Shown here in pieces: positions 23,509 through 31,976 of a DNA stretch of 32,000 nt. Source of the DNA: Aciduliprofundum boonei T469 (GTDB taxonomy: Archaea > Thermoplasmatota > Thermoplasmata > Thermoplasmatales > Aciduliprofundaceae); the NCBI RefSeq assembly GCF_000025665.1, contig NC_013926.1, positions 1,454,779-1,486,778 of the forward strand, in the 5' to 3' direction. Made by a program: the position numbers and the translations under genes. Each line of letters starts with the position of its first letter. Within the stretch, counting starts at the first letter, position 1. A model generated the notes under the pieces. It was not told the DNA's origin. It saw only the letters and a list, made by a program, of their open reading frames with translations, and searched no databases.

Positions 23509-26500
23509 TTTTCTTTTTAACTTCTCGCAGTTTATCTTCCAAACCCATCTCTTCATAAAGCTCTATAGCTTTATTTATCTTGTTTTTCCATTCTTTTTTA
23601 TTCTTCTTTAAGAGACACAGTCCGTAATAGTAATATGTCTTAGCCAAATAGATTTTGTAATCCATCTCACCGTACTCCTTTATGGCACTTTCAAATACAT
23701 CTTTTGAAAATTTATCATCTCTCTGACATATAGAATAAGCCTTGAGCACCTCTATATATATTGAGTTGATCACATCATTTATTTTCTTGGCATTCTCCTT
23801 GGCTTTATCCAGCCATTTTAATACCATATCCCAGTTGCCCAAAGCGATATCATATTCTGCATTAACTAGATAATAATCCATTATCAAATAACTCTCCTGT
23901 ACATTCTTTTTCAGAGAATGACTTAACTCGATATACTTCTGCGCTTTTTTAAATTCCTCTAAATGCACATAAGCCCTTGCCATATAAAGGTATATGGAGA
24001 ATAGAATTGTAGTATAGGAATACATCTTTGCAATTTCCATAGCTCGTGAATAAAAGTCAATGGCGTCCATATACTTACCCATCTCCTCATTTATCTCTCC
24101 CAGAGATACCAATCTCTCGCATATACCATACTTGTTATTTAATTTAATTGATATTTCTAAGCTTTTACTTATATGTTCTAAAGCGAGAGAGTAATTTCCA
24201 TGTCTTGAATAGAGAACTGCTATATTATTATGAAATGCCTCCAACAATCTATCGTTGCCAAGCTTTTCAATTATCTCTATAGCCCTTTTGTGATATTCTT
24301 CAGCTTTTTTTAAATCACCCATTTTCTCATAAGTTACTCCTATATTGTTATAGGCTCTTGATAGATATGTTAAATTTCCCATCTTCTCGCTGATCTCAAG
24401 ATACTTTAAGAGATAAGTTAATGCCTCCTCGTAATTATTTAGATGGTTATTTATCACACCTATGACATTATAAGTATCGGCTATCTCCCTTATGTCTCCG
24501 CTCTCCTCTGCAAGCCTAAGAGCTTTCTCCGCATACTTCAGTGCTTTTTTGTAATTTCCCTCCATATAATATACGGAAGCTATATTTCTCGTAGCCTTAA
24601 CTTCATCAATCTTGCTTTCATATCTTTGAGCATAAGCGAGATATTTTCCTAATTTCTCAAGGGATTCCTTAAAATCCCCAGTTTCCCACTCTATTATGCC
24701 AAGTTCTCCAATTATTCTCCCCTTATCCATACCCTTTGCAATCTTAAGGTACTCGTTTAAAATTTCTTTAGCCCTATTTAGCTCACCCATCAACCTATAG
24801 CACATCCCCATTTGAGTGCCAAAATACACAATATCTTCAGGTAGATACTCTGTAGCCCTAGAAAACATCGCTGCTGCTTTTTTGTATTCCCCCACAGAAA
24901 CATACCACTCTCCAAGATCCCTGTACAATTCTCCTATGAGCTCAACTTTTCCATATTTCTCCGCTATTTCAAGAGCCTTTTGGAGATAATCTATGGCGCT
25001 CTTGAAAGCCATCATTTTAGCGGATTCTTCTGCAGCGATTCTTAAAAATCCGACTGCTCGCTCGTCTCTGGCCATATAATAATGATAAGCTGCCATAAAA
25101 AGATCGTTATTTCTTTCTGCCCAGTTCCCAATTTTCCTATGAAAATTAATTCTTGTATCACGAGATATACCCTTGTATATTATTTCCCTGTAGATGGGGT
25201 AAATAAATCTTAGTTTTTTATTTTCCAATATTACAAATATGTTGGAAGGATCCTCCAAGAATTGCTTATGCTCAGGATAAAAAGATTCTACAATACTCAA
25301 AGGGATTTCGTATCCAACCACAGATAAAAACCTAATAAAACTCAAGACATGCTCTTTAAGCTTATCTACTTGCAGCTCCACACTCTCTCTTATCGTCTCC
25401 GGCAGTGAACTTTTGTTTCCTTGCATTATGTATTTTGCCATATTTATTGCCAGTAGAGGATTTCCCTCACTAATCTCATAAATGGATCCAACATCACCTC
25501 TGTATCCCATGCCATAAAGTATATCCTCAATATCCTTCTCTTTTAAAGGCTTTAATCTTAATACCTTAGCGGTGGGCTCATCTTGGATATTTGTGAGAAT
25601 CTCCAGAAGATTCTTATTTTCAACAATATCCTCATTTCTATAAGTGAGGATTATCATTATCCTGCCTTTTCCTATATTCCTAGCAAGATAATATATAAGT
25701 TCTAAAGAATTACTATCTATCCATTGGATATCCTCAAATACCAAAATCATAGGCTTTCTCCTAGAGTTGTAATCTAAGAAATTGTGGATAACATCATAAA
25801 ACTTTACAGGGCCCTCTACTATATCCATCCCCCCATATATTCTATCCTTACCTTCATCTATCAAATCAAAGAAGAACTCTATATCTTTAGAGATGGGTGT
25901 CCTCTCAACTAAATACACCCTCCTTCCATTTTTTCTAGCGTAATCTCTAACCGCCTTTAGCCATATATAAACCCTTCTCTTATCATTATAATGGACTATG
26001 GTGTTAAGACATTCTATTGCAATATCCATCCCATTATCTATTGCCTCCGCAATTTTCTCAAATATTTCAAAATCCAAACGGGTAGGGTGGATGCCTTGTG
26101 GGGATACATAAAGAGTGTTTCCTCCATCTTTTTTATTTGTTAATCTTAAAACATTTTTTTCTCTGACCCTATCAGTAAGAATTATGGTAGGGGGCGTTAT
26201 TTTATCCTCCCATTCAATTAATATTTTTTCATCAAACAGGCTTAGCAGATGCCTCTCCTTCTCAGAGAGGTACTCTATTTTTCCGGAGATTATAATTAAA
26301 TGCCTATTAGAAGCTAAAGAGCGCAAAGTGTGAAGAAAATCCACAACCCTATCTATCCCTGCAATATAAACTAAAAAGTTCAAATCTTCTATGTAAACCA
26401 ATTTTCTCTCACTACTGTTTAAAAATTCGTGTAAATACATTACGAACTCAAACTCGAGATTATACGGATTTATGCTCTCTTTATCCGTTTTCGTCTCTGT

Positions 26501-26938
26501 AAGCCATATGGCATCACTTCGGCTTGGTTGCCTTATTGTGAAATACAATCCTTTCATTCTCTTGCTGAGTTCTTTATATAATCTATATCCTCCTCCGTAT
26601 CCTATTTCATCTACAAATACCATCTTATTCTCTTTATACAATTTTTTTGATATATCTCTTATCTTTCTCTTCCATTCCTTTCTCTTTATCTCGCTCAAGG
26701 TCCCAAAACTACCAAGGGCTTGAGATATGGCATTATAGGGTACATACTGGGTTGATTGCTCACACCTAGTTTTGAGAATTTGAACATCCTTATTATCTTC
26801 CAAAAATTTATCAATAAGATAACTCTTTCCTATACCGGCAGGACCTTCCAGAAGTATAACTTTACCCTTGCCTCTCTTAACCTCATTAAGATACATCTTT
26901 AGATTGTGGAGTTCTTTCTCCCTGCCGACAAAGAGCAT
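23495..26938 (-). CDS. STAND-type (AAA_16-like) NTPase interrupted by two DUF835-like modules, with a long C-terminal TPR array, 1147 aa
   Basis: - aa 1-100: FVGREKEL...LLEGPAGIGKSYL...YVPYNAISQAL.
- aa about 105-245 and about 250-365: DUF835-like modules.
- aa 396-411: PMILVFEDIQWIDSNS (Walker B).
- aa 490-496: SEGNPLL.
- aa about 640-1147: TPR-like repeats (GNYKKALKYAEKALRLAEE, NNYEEALTYLLKYLEISEK, GDLKKAEEYHKRAIEIIEK ...). Confidence 0.85.
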   Translation of the reverse strand: MLFVGREKELHNLKMYLNEVKRGKGKVILLEGPAGIGKSYLIDKFLEDNKDVQILKTRCEQSTQYVPYNAISQALGSFGTLSEIKRKEWKRKIRDISKKLYKENKMVFVDEIGYGGGYRLYKELSKRMKGLYFTIRQPSRSDAIWLTETKTDKESINPYNLEFEFVMYLHEFLNSSERKLVYIEDLNFLVYIAGIDRVVDFLHTLRSLASNRHLIIISGKIEYLSEKERHLLSLFDEKILIEWEDKITPPTIILTDRVREKNVLRLTNKKDGGNTLYVSPQGIHPTRLDFEIFEKIAEAIDNGMDIAIECLNTIVHYNDKRRVYIWLKAVRDYARKNGRRVYLVERTPISKDIEFFFDLIDEGKDRIYGGMDIVEGPVKFYDVIHNFLDYNSRRKPMILVFEDIQWIDSNSLELIYYLARNIGKGRIMIILTYRNEDIVENKNLLEILTNIQDEPTAKVLRLKPLKEKDIEDILYGMGYRGDVGSIYEISEGNPLLAINMAKYIMQGNKSSLPETIRESVELQVDKLKEHVLSFIRFLSVVGYEIPLSIVESFYPEHKQFLEDPSNIFVILENKKLRFIYPIYREIIYKGISRDTRINFHRKIGNWAERNNDLFMAAYHYYMARDERAVGFLRIAAEESAKMMAFKSAIDYLQKALEIAEKYGKVELIGELYRDLGEWYVSVGEYKKAAAMFSRATEYLPEDIVYFGTQMGMCYRLMGELNRAKEILNEYLKIAKGMDKGRIIGELGIIEWETGDFKESLEKLGKYLAYAQRYESKIDEVKATRNIASVYYMEGNYKKALKYAEKALRLAEESGDIREIADTYNVIGVINNHLNNYEEALTYLLKYLEISEKMGNLTYLSRAYNNIGVTYEKMGDLKKAEEYHKRAIEIIEKLGNDRLLEAFHNNIAVLYSRHGNYSLALEHISKSLEISIKLNNKYGICERLVSLGEINEEMGKYMDAIDFYSRAMEIAKMYSYTTILFSIYLYMARAYVHLEEFKKAQKYIELSHSLKKNVQESYLIMDYYLVNAEYDIALGNWDMVLKWLDKAKENAKKINDVINSIYIEVLKAYSICQRDDKFSKDVFESAIKEYGEMDYKIYLAKTYYYYGLCLLKKNKKEWKNKINKAIELYEEMGLEDKLREVKKKISGI

Positions 26939-27013
26939 CGTTTAATTAAATGTCATAATCATATTTAAAAATGCCATAACAAAAGATATCTACTTCGGAG
27001 CACATACCCCTGT

Positions 27014-28225
27014 ATGGATGGTCAAAACAAACTCGACTGGGCTTATGCTCATATGGATGTTATCCAAAAGATCAGAGAGAGATTCCTCAAAGAAAAACCT
27101 TTTGAAGGTCTGAAAATTGGCATGGCTCTGCATGTTGAGGCGAAAACCGGAATTCTTGCTTTGACCCTGCGAGATGGAGGCGCGAAGGTTCGCTTAGCTT
27201 CTTGCAATCCCCTGAGCACAGATGATTCCGTTGTTGAAGCCCTGAGAGAAAGAGGTCTTGAAGTGTATGCGAAGAAGGGAGAAACGAGAGAAGAGTATTA
27301 CGAGAATTTATACAAAGTGCTCGAGATGGAACCGGATATAATAATCGATGATGGAGGAGATTTGACAACCCTGCTTCACACCTCTTATTCTCATATTCCA
27401 ATTTTAGGGGGCAACGAAGAGACAACCACCGGAGTGCTTCGTCTGAAAGTCATGGAGAGAAAAGGAGTTCTCAGATTTCCGATGTTCGATGTGAACGATG
27501 CAAAGATGAAGCATCTCTTCGACAATCGCTACGGCACCGGGCAGAGCACTTTAGATGGAATCATGAGCGCCACTAATCTCAGCATAGCTGGTAAAATCGT
27601 GGTGGTCGCGGGCTATGGCTGGTGCGGTCGGGGAATAGCAATGAGGCTTAGAGGAATGGGCGCAAATGTAATTGTCACGGAAATTGATCCTGTGAAGGCC
27701 ATAGAAGCACGCATGGATGGTTTTCGAGTAATGCCTATGATTGACGCAATAAAAGAGGCAGATATGGTTATAACTGCAACGGGAATGAAGGATATCGTTA
27801 GAAAAGAACATATTGTGGAGGCAAAGAATGAATGCATATTCGCAAATGCAGGGCATTTCGACAACGAGATTTCAAAAAATGCGTTAGAGGAATTGGCAAA
27901 GGGAAAGAGAGAGATAAGAAAATTCGTGGAAGAATACGATTTAGGCAACAAAAAATTGTATCTTTTGGGCGATGGGCGCCTCATAAATTTAGTAGCTGGA
28001 CAAGGGCATCCTGTGGAGATAATGGACATGAGCTTTGCAATCCAAGCTCTTACCGCTGAATACATTGCGAAAAATCATGAAAAGTTGGAATCGAAAGTTT
28101 ATGCGGTTCCAGAAAAAATCGATAATGAGGTTGCATGGCTCAAACTTCAAGCAATGGGTGTGAAAATAGATAAGCTAACAGAGGAGCAGAAAAGGTACCT
28201 AGAAGAGTGGAAAGAGGGAACATAG
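27014..28225 (+). CDS. ahcY: S-adenosyl-L-homocysteine hydrolase (short archaeal type), 403 aa
   Basis: LHVEAKTG, ASCNPLSTDD, DDGGDL, NAD fold VVVAGYGWCGRGIAMRLRGMGANVIVTEIDP, GHFDNEI, LVAGQGHP. Confidence 0.95.
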   Translation: MDGQNKLDWAYAHMDVIQKIRERFLKEKPFEGLKIGMALHVEAKTGILALTLRDGGAKVRLASCNPLSTDDSVVEALRERGLEVYAKKGETREEYYENLYKVLEMEPDIIIDDGGDLTTLLHTSYSHIPILGGNEETTTGVLRLKVMERKGVLRFPMFDVNDAKMKHLFDNRYGTGQSTLDGIMSATNLSIAGKIVVVAGYGWCGRGIAMRLRGMGANVIVTEIDPVKAIEARMDGFRVMPMIDAIKEADMVITATGMKDIVRKEHIVEAKNECIFANAGHFDNEISKNALEELAKGKREIRKFVEEYDLGNKKLYLLGDGRLINLVAGQGHPVEIMDMSFAIQALTAEYIAKNHEKLESKVYAVPEKIDNEVAWLKLQAMGVKIDKLTEEQKRYLEEWKEGT

Positions 28226-28230
28226 ATATA

Positions 28231-28281
28231 GGTTCGGCTCGTCAAGCCCTATCATTTTTCAAGGGCTCTCCCTACCGAACC
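28231..28281. terminator. Nested GC-rich hairpin in the only non-zero convergent spacer (ahcY/MFS)
   Basis: The outer stem is ggttcgg (28231-28237)/ccgaacc (28275-28281). The inner stem is agccct (28245-28250)/agggct (28262-28267), with an 11-nt T-rich loop, atcatttttca. Confidence 0.4.
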
Positions 28282-28295
28282 GGAAAGATATATTT

Positions 28296-29438
28296 TCACT
28301 CGTTTATATCCTTTTTCATCGTTTCTGGTAAGGCAAAACTTAGGAATGAGGCAAGAAGCATAGCTATTGTGAATATTATAAAAGGTTCAAACCATGTTGC
28401 AAAGAATCCCGGGACCAAAGGACCTATAATACCGCCTATCCTGCCTACCGAATTTGCAAATCCAGCGCCTGAGCCTCTGACCCTTTGAGGATATAATTCT
28501 GGAGTATACGCGTAAAGGGCACCCCATGCTCCTAGGTCAAAGAAGGAGATCAGTATAGCCCCAACCAGAGTGGCTCTCGTTATGAATAGGTAAGAAGAGA
28601 GCGCTGTTAAGAGCATAAATGTGAACAGAACTTTTCTACGACCAATTTTTTCAATTAAATAGGCCGAGGTGAAGTACCCTGGTATCTGAAATAGGTAAGA
28701 TAGGAAAATGAACCAAGTCGATTGCAATAGAGGGTAATCCTCAGAGAATATCTTTGGAAGCCAAACGAATATTCCATAATAACTAAACGCCATGGCGAAC
28801 CAGATGATCCATAGAGCATAAGTATGTGGTTGCTTTACGATATAAGAAACCCCAACTTTCTTTCTCTTCTCCCTCACTGACTCTGGAAGGTATTTCCCTA
28901 GGGCTAACAAAAATAGCCAGAATATTGCGATCAGGTAGTAAACTTTCCAGTGAGATCCAAGCCTGGGAAGGAGGAGCAAGGATACAAAAGATGCAAACAC
29001 CCACCCATAGGTCCAGAAGGAATCTAGGAGCACAACCATTCTACCTCTTATCTCCTTATCCGATGCTTCACTTACTAATGTACTGAGAATTGGAAGCACA
29101 ATACCAAATCCCATTCCTGCAATAAAACGCAATCCAAAATAAGCCCAGTAAGATGTGGCAAAGAACATCAAAGCTGTAGCGAGGATGTGCACAGGCGTAG
29201 CAGCCACAACAATGCTCCTTCTTCCAAATTTATCAGATAAGTATCCGAATATAAAGGAGCCAAAGAACCAACCTATTAGAGTTATAGAAACAAGAGAACC
29301 AACCATCAATTTTGCCTGTGGATCGTTACCCAGATTCAACTCCTGTATTATATTCCCTGTGGTAAAGGTTACAACAGCCATATTGTAAGATATGGCCGCC
29401 CAGAAAAGGCCAGGAACCAAAAGCTCCTTGTAGCGCAT
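28296..29438 (-). CDS. MFS transporter, 380 aa
   Basis: About 12 hydrophobic segments. MFS loop 2-3 signature GYLSDKFGRRS. Second-half motif GRIGGIIGP. Confidence 0.85.
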   Translation of the reverse strand: MRYKELLVPGLFWAAISYNMAVVTFTTGNIIQELNLGNDPQAKLMVGSLVSITLIGWFFGSFIFGYLSDKFGRRSIVVAATPVHILATALMFFATSYWAYFGLRFIAGMGFGIVLPILSTLVSEASDKEIRGRMVVLLDSFWTYGWVFASFVSLLLLPRLGSHWKVYYLIAIFWLFLLALGKYLPESVREKRKKVGVSYIVKQPHTYALWIIWFAMAFSYYGIFVWLPKIFSEDYPLLQSTWFIFLSYLFQIPGYFTSAYLIEKIGRRKVLFTFMLLTALSSYLFITRATLVGAILISFFDLGAWGALYAYTPELYPQRVRGSGAGFANSVGRIGGIIGPLVPGFFATWFEPFIIFTIAMLLASFLSFALPETMKKDINE

Positions 29439-29508
29439 AATGGAAAATGGGATTCCCCTATAAATTTATTTGGGAATGTTTTAATATATCTCTTCAATTA
29501 CTCTCGCA

Positions 29509-30777
29509 ATGGAGAGAGAGGAAATTGAGTACATATACAACCTGAGAAGATTCGGAATGAAGCTTGATTTGAGCATTATGAGGGAATTCGCAGAGATAAG
29601 GGGAAACCCTCAAGATAAATTTAAAAGCGTGCATATTGCAGGAACGAATGGAAAGGGCTCAGTTGCCTCAGCAATATACTCAATTTTGAGAAAAAATTAC
29701 AATGTTGGCATATACACATCACCCCATCTTGTAAGATATTCAGAAAGGATAATCGTAAATGATAGGGAAATTAGCGAAGATTACATAGCAAGATTTGTAC
29801 TAGAAGTAAAGCCAATAATTGAAGAGCTTGCCAAAGAGAATAGAAACCCCACATTCTTCGAAGTATCCACAATGCTTGCCTTTGAGTATTTCTCTTATAT
29901 GAATGTTGATTTTGCTGTTCTCGAGGTTGGCTTGGGAGGAAGATTGGATGCAACGAACATAGTTATGCCCGAAATAACCAGTATAGTCACCATTGATTTA
30001 GATCACACCCATATACTTGGAGATACCATAAGGGATATAGCGAGGGAGAAGGCTGGGATAATCAAACCAAATGTGCCTGTAGTCATTGGAGAGAACAAAA
30101 AAGAGGCTATAGAGGAGATAAAGAGAATTGCAGAATTAAGAAATGCTCCATACCACAATATATGGGATGAAATGGAATTTGAAGATGTTCATATTGATTT
30201 AAATGGATTGCGATTCAAAGCCCACACGCCCATATCCACATACACCATAGAAACTCCACTCCCGGGAAAGCATCAAATTACAAACATGCTCGTAGCTATA
30301 AGAATTGCTGAACTCCTGCAGGAGAATTACTCCATATCTCATTCAGATATTGAAGATGGGATAAAGAATATAAAATGGAAAGACAGGTTCCAAGTGAAGA
30401 GAAGAAGACCCTTGTTAATATTTGATTCTGCACATAATCCATCGGCTGCAAGAGCTTTAGTCAGCACGATTAGAGATGTGGGCATAGAAGAGCCAACATT
30501 CTTATTCTCCATACTCTCAGACAAAAACATTGATGAATTCTTGAAAGAGATCTCAAAAGTCAGCAAGAAGATAATTGTAACAGAGATCGATTATGAGAGA
30601 AGGAGAACGGAATTAGAGGATATTGTGGAGCATGCAAAAAAATACTTTTCAGAGGTCATACCCATCAAGAATCCCTGCGATGCGCTGAAATATGCGATGG
30701 AGAATGAGAAGAAAATAATAGCAACTGGCTCTATATATCTTCTGGGAGAGCTTGAAAAATGCCTGATGTCATTGTAG
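29509..30777 (+). CDS. folC: Folylpolyglutamate synthase/dihydrofolate synthase (Mur-ligase family), 422 aa
   Basis: HIAGTNGKGSV (P-loop), TSPHL, EVGLGGRLDATN, DHT..LG.T...IA.EKAGIIK, DSAHNP. Confidence 0.9.
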   Translation: MEREEIEYIYNLRRFGMKLDLSIMREFAEIRGNPQDKFKSVHIAGTNGKGSVASAIYSILRKNYNVGIYTSPHLVRYSERIIVNDREISEDYIARFVLEVKPIIEELAKENRNPTFFEVSTMLAFEYFSYMNVDFAVLEVGLGGRLDATNIVMPEITSIVTIDLDHTHILGDTIRDIAREKAGIIKPNVPVVIGENKKEAIEEIKRIAELRNAPYHNIWDEMEFEDVHIDLNGLRFKAHTPISTYTIETPLPGKHQITNMLVAIRIAELLQENYSISHSDIEDGIKNIKWKDRFQVKRRRPLLIFDSAHNPSAARALVSTIRDVGIEEPTFLFSILSDKNIDEFLKEISKVSKKIIVTEIDYERRRTELEDIVEHAKKYFSEVIPIKNPCDALKYAMENEKKIIATGSIYLLGELEKCLMSL

Positions 30778-31976
30778 TTTTTGATGGAAACGAGGAATTT
30801 GAGGAGCTTGTGAAATCCTTAGGATACGAAATAGTGGCAAAGGTTTACTTCAAAAATAAGGTAAATCCAAAGTACTACATCTCCAAGGGCAAGATAGAGG
30901 AAATTAAAAATCTTCTTAAAGATTTCAATGTTGAGAAGATTATAATAGATGCCATTTTGAAATCCTCTCAATGGTATAAGCTTGAGAAGGAATTGAAAAT
31001 TAGGGTTGATGATAGAATAAAATTGATCATAGATATATTTGCAGATAGGGCGAGAAGCAGAGAAGCGATGATGCAAGTGGAATATGCAAATTTGAAATAC
31101 GAAACATCACATATTAAAGAACTCATCCACCAAATCCGTTTAGGAGAGCACCCCGGATTTATGGGTGGGGGAGAGTATGAAATTGCTGATTATTATGAGC
31201 AGATAAGGAGAAAAATGGCTAGAATAAGAAAAGAACTGGAAAAATTGAAGGTGCATAGAGAAGAGAGAAGAAAGAGGAGAAAGGAAGAGGGGTATATCCT
31301 CGTGGGAATTGCAGGGTATACAAACACTGGAAAAAGTACCCTGCTAAAAGCCCTAAGCGGTAGAGATGTGGTCATAGAGAACAGAATGTTCTCCACATTG
31401 AGCACCAGAACTTCAAAGATAGGTAAGGAAAAAATCCTTATAACAGACACTGTAGGATTCGTTGAAAACATGCCCCCTTGGTTAATAAGGGCATTCGAGC
31501 CGACATTGGAGGAAATTTACAAGGCAGATATTGTGCTTTTGCTTCTTAATTGCCAAGAATCAATCGAAGATTTTAAAAGAAAAATGCAGGTAAGCTTAGA
31601 GATCTTGGAAGGAAAGAGTGAGGGAAAAATCATACCTGTAATAAACAAAATTGATTCCTGTAAAGACCTCGATGAGAAAATTAAAATTGCAAAGGAGATT
31701 GGAGAGCCAATTGCAATATCTGCTCTAAGGGGCATAGGAATCGAGGATGTTATAAGGAGAATAAAAGATGAGATGAAAATAGAGAAATTCTACGCAGAAG
31801 TGGAAAAAGACAGCAAAGCATACAATTTCATAATAAAACACGGAAAAATAATAAAAATTGAAGCAGATGAAATGATGAAAATTATATTTGAAATGCCTAT
31901 ATCCAAATACTCTGCGTTGAAAGATTTAATTCGAGAGATTTCCACAGGAAATGATGGGGTGTTAAAGAGGATATAA
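30759..31976 (+). CDS. hflX: GTPase HflX, 405 aa
   Basis: HflX N-terminal domain (IFA.RA.S.EA..QVE.A.L.Y), then G1 GYTNTGKSTLL, G3 DTVGF, G4 NKID. It overlaps the folC 3' end by 19 nt. Confidence 0.9.
   Translation: MPDVIVVFDGNEEFEELVKSLGYEIVAKVYFKNKVNPKYYISKGKIEEIKNLLKDFNVEKIIIDAILKSSQWYKLEKELKIRVDDRIKLIIDIFADRARSREAMMQVEYANLKYETSHIKELIHQIRLGEHPGFMGGGEYEIADYYEQIRRKMARIRKELEKLKVHREERRKRRKEEGYILVGIAGYTNTGKSTLLKALSGRDVVIENRMFSTLSTRTSKIGKEKILITDTVGFVENMPPWLIRAFEPTLEEIYKADIVLLLLNCQESIEDFKRKMQVSLEILEGKSEGKIIPVINKIDSCKDLDEKIKIAKEIGEPIAISALRGIGIEDVIRRIKDEMKIEKFYAEVEKDSKAYNFIIKHGKIIKIEADEMMKIIFEMPISKYSALKDLIREISTGNDGVLKRI

Noticed and set aside
22485-26938. The KaiC-like/STAND region looked like a low-GC island, suggesting horizontal acquisition.
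   Set aside because: I hand-counted a few 60-nt lines. Values were about 18-33% GC here, but similar (27-30%) in the S9 peptidase and GlpA-like genes, against about 45% in ahcY. Composition varies gene to gene across the window, so I cannot support an island call without a proper sliding-window calculation. No integrase, transposase or flanking repeat was seen.
23495-26938. The STAND/TPR protein interpreted as an antiviral STAND (Avs-like) defence gene.
   Set aside because: I can recognise no nuclease, protease, TIR, Sir2 or other effector domain, and no neighbouring defence genes. The KaiC-like neighbour and DUF835-like inserts point to signalling instead. Defence is not excluded, but it is not supported by the sequence.
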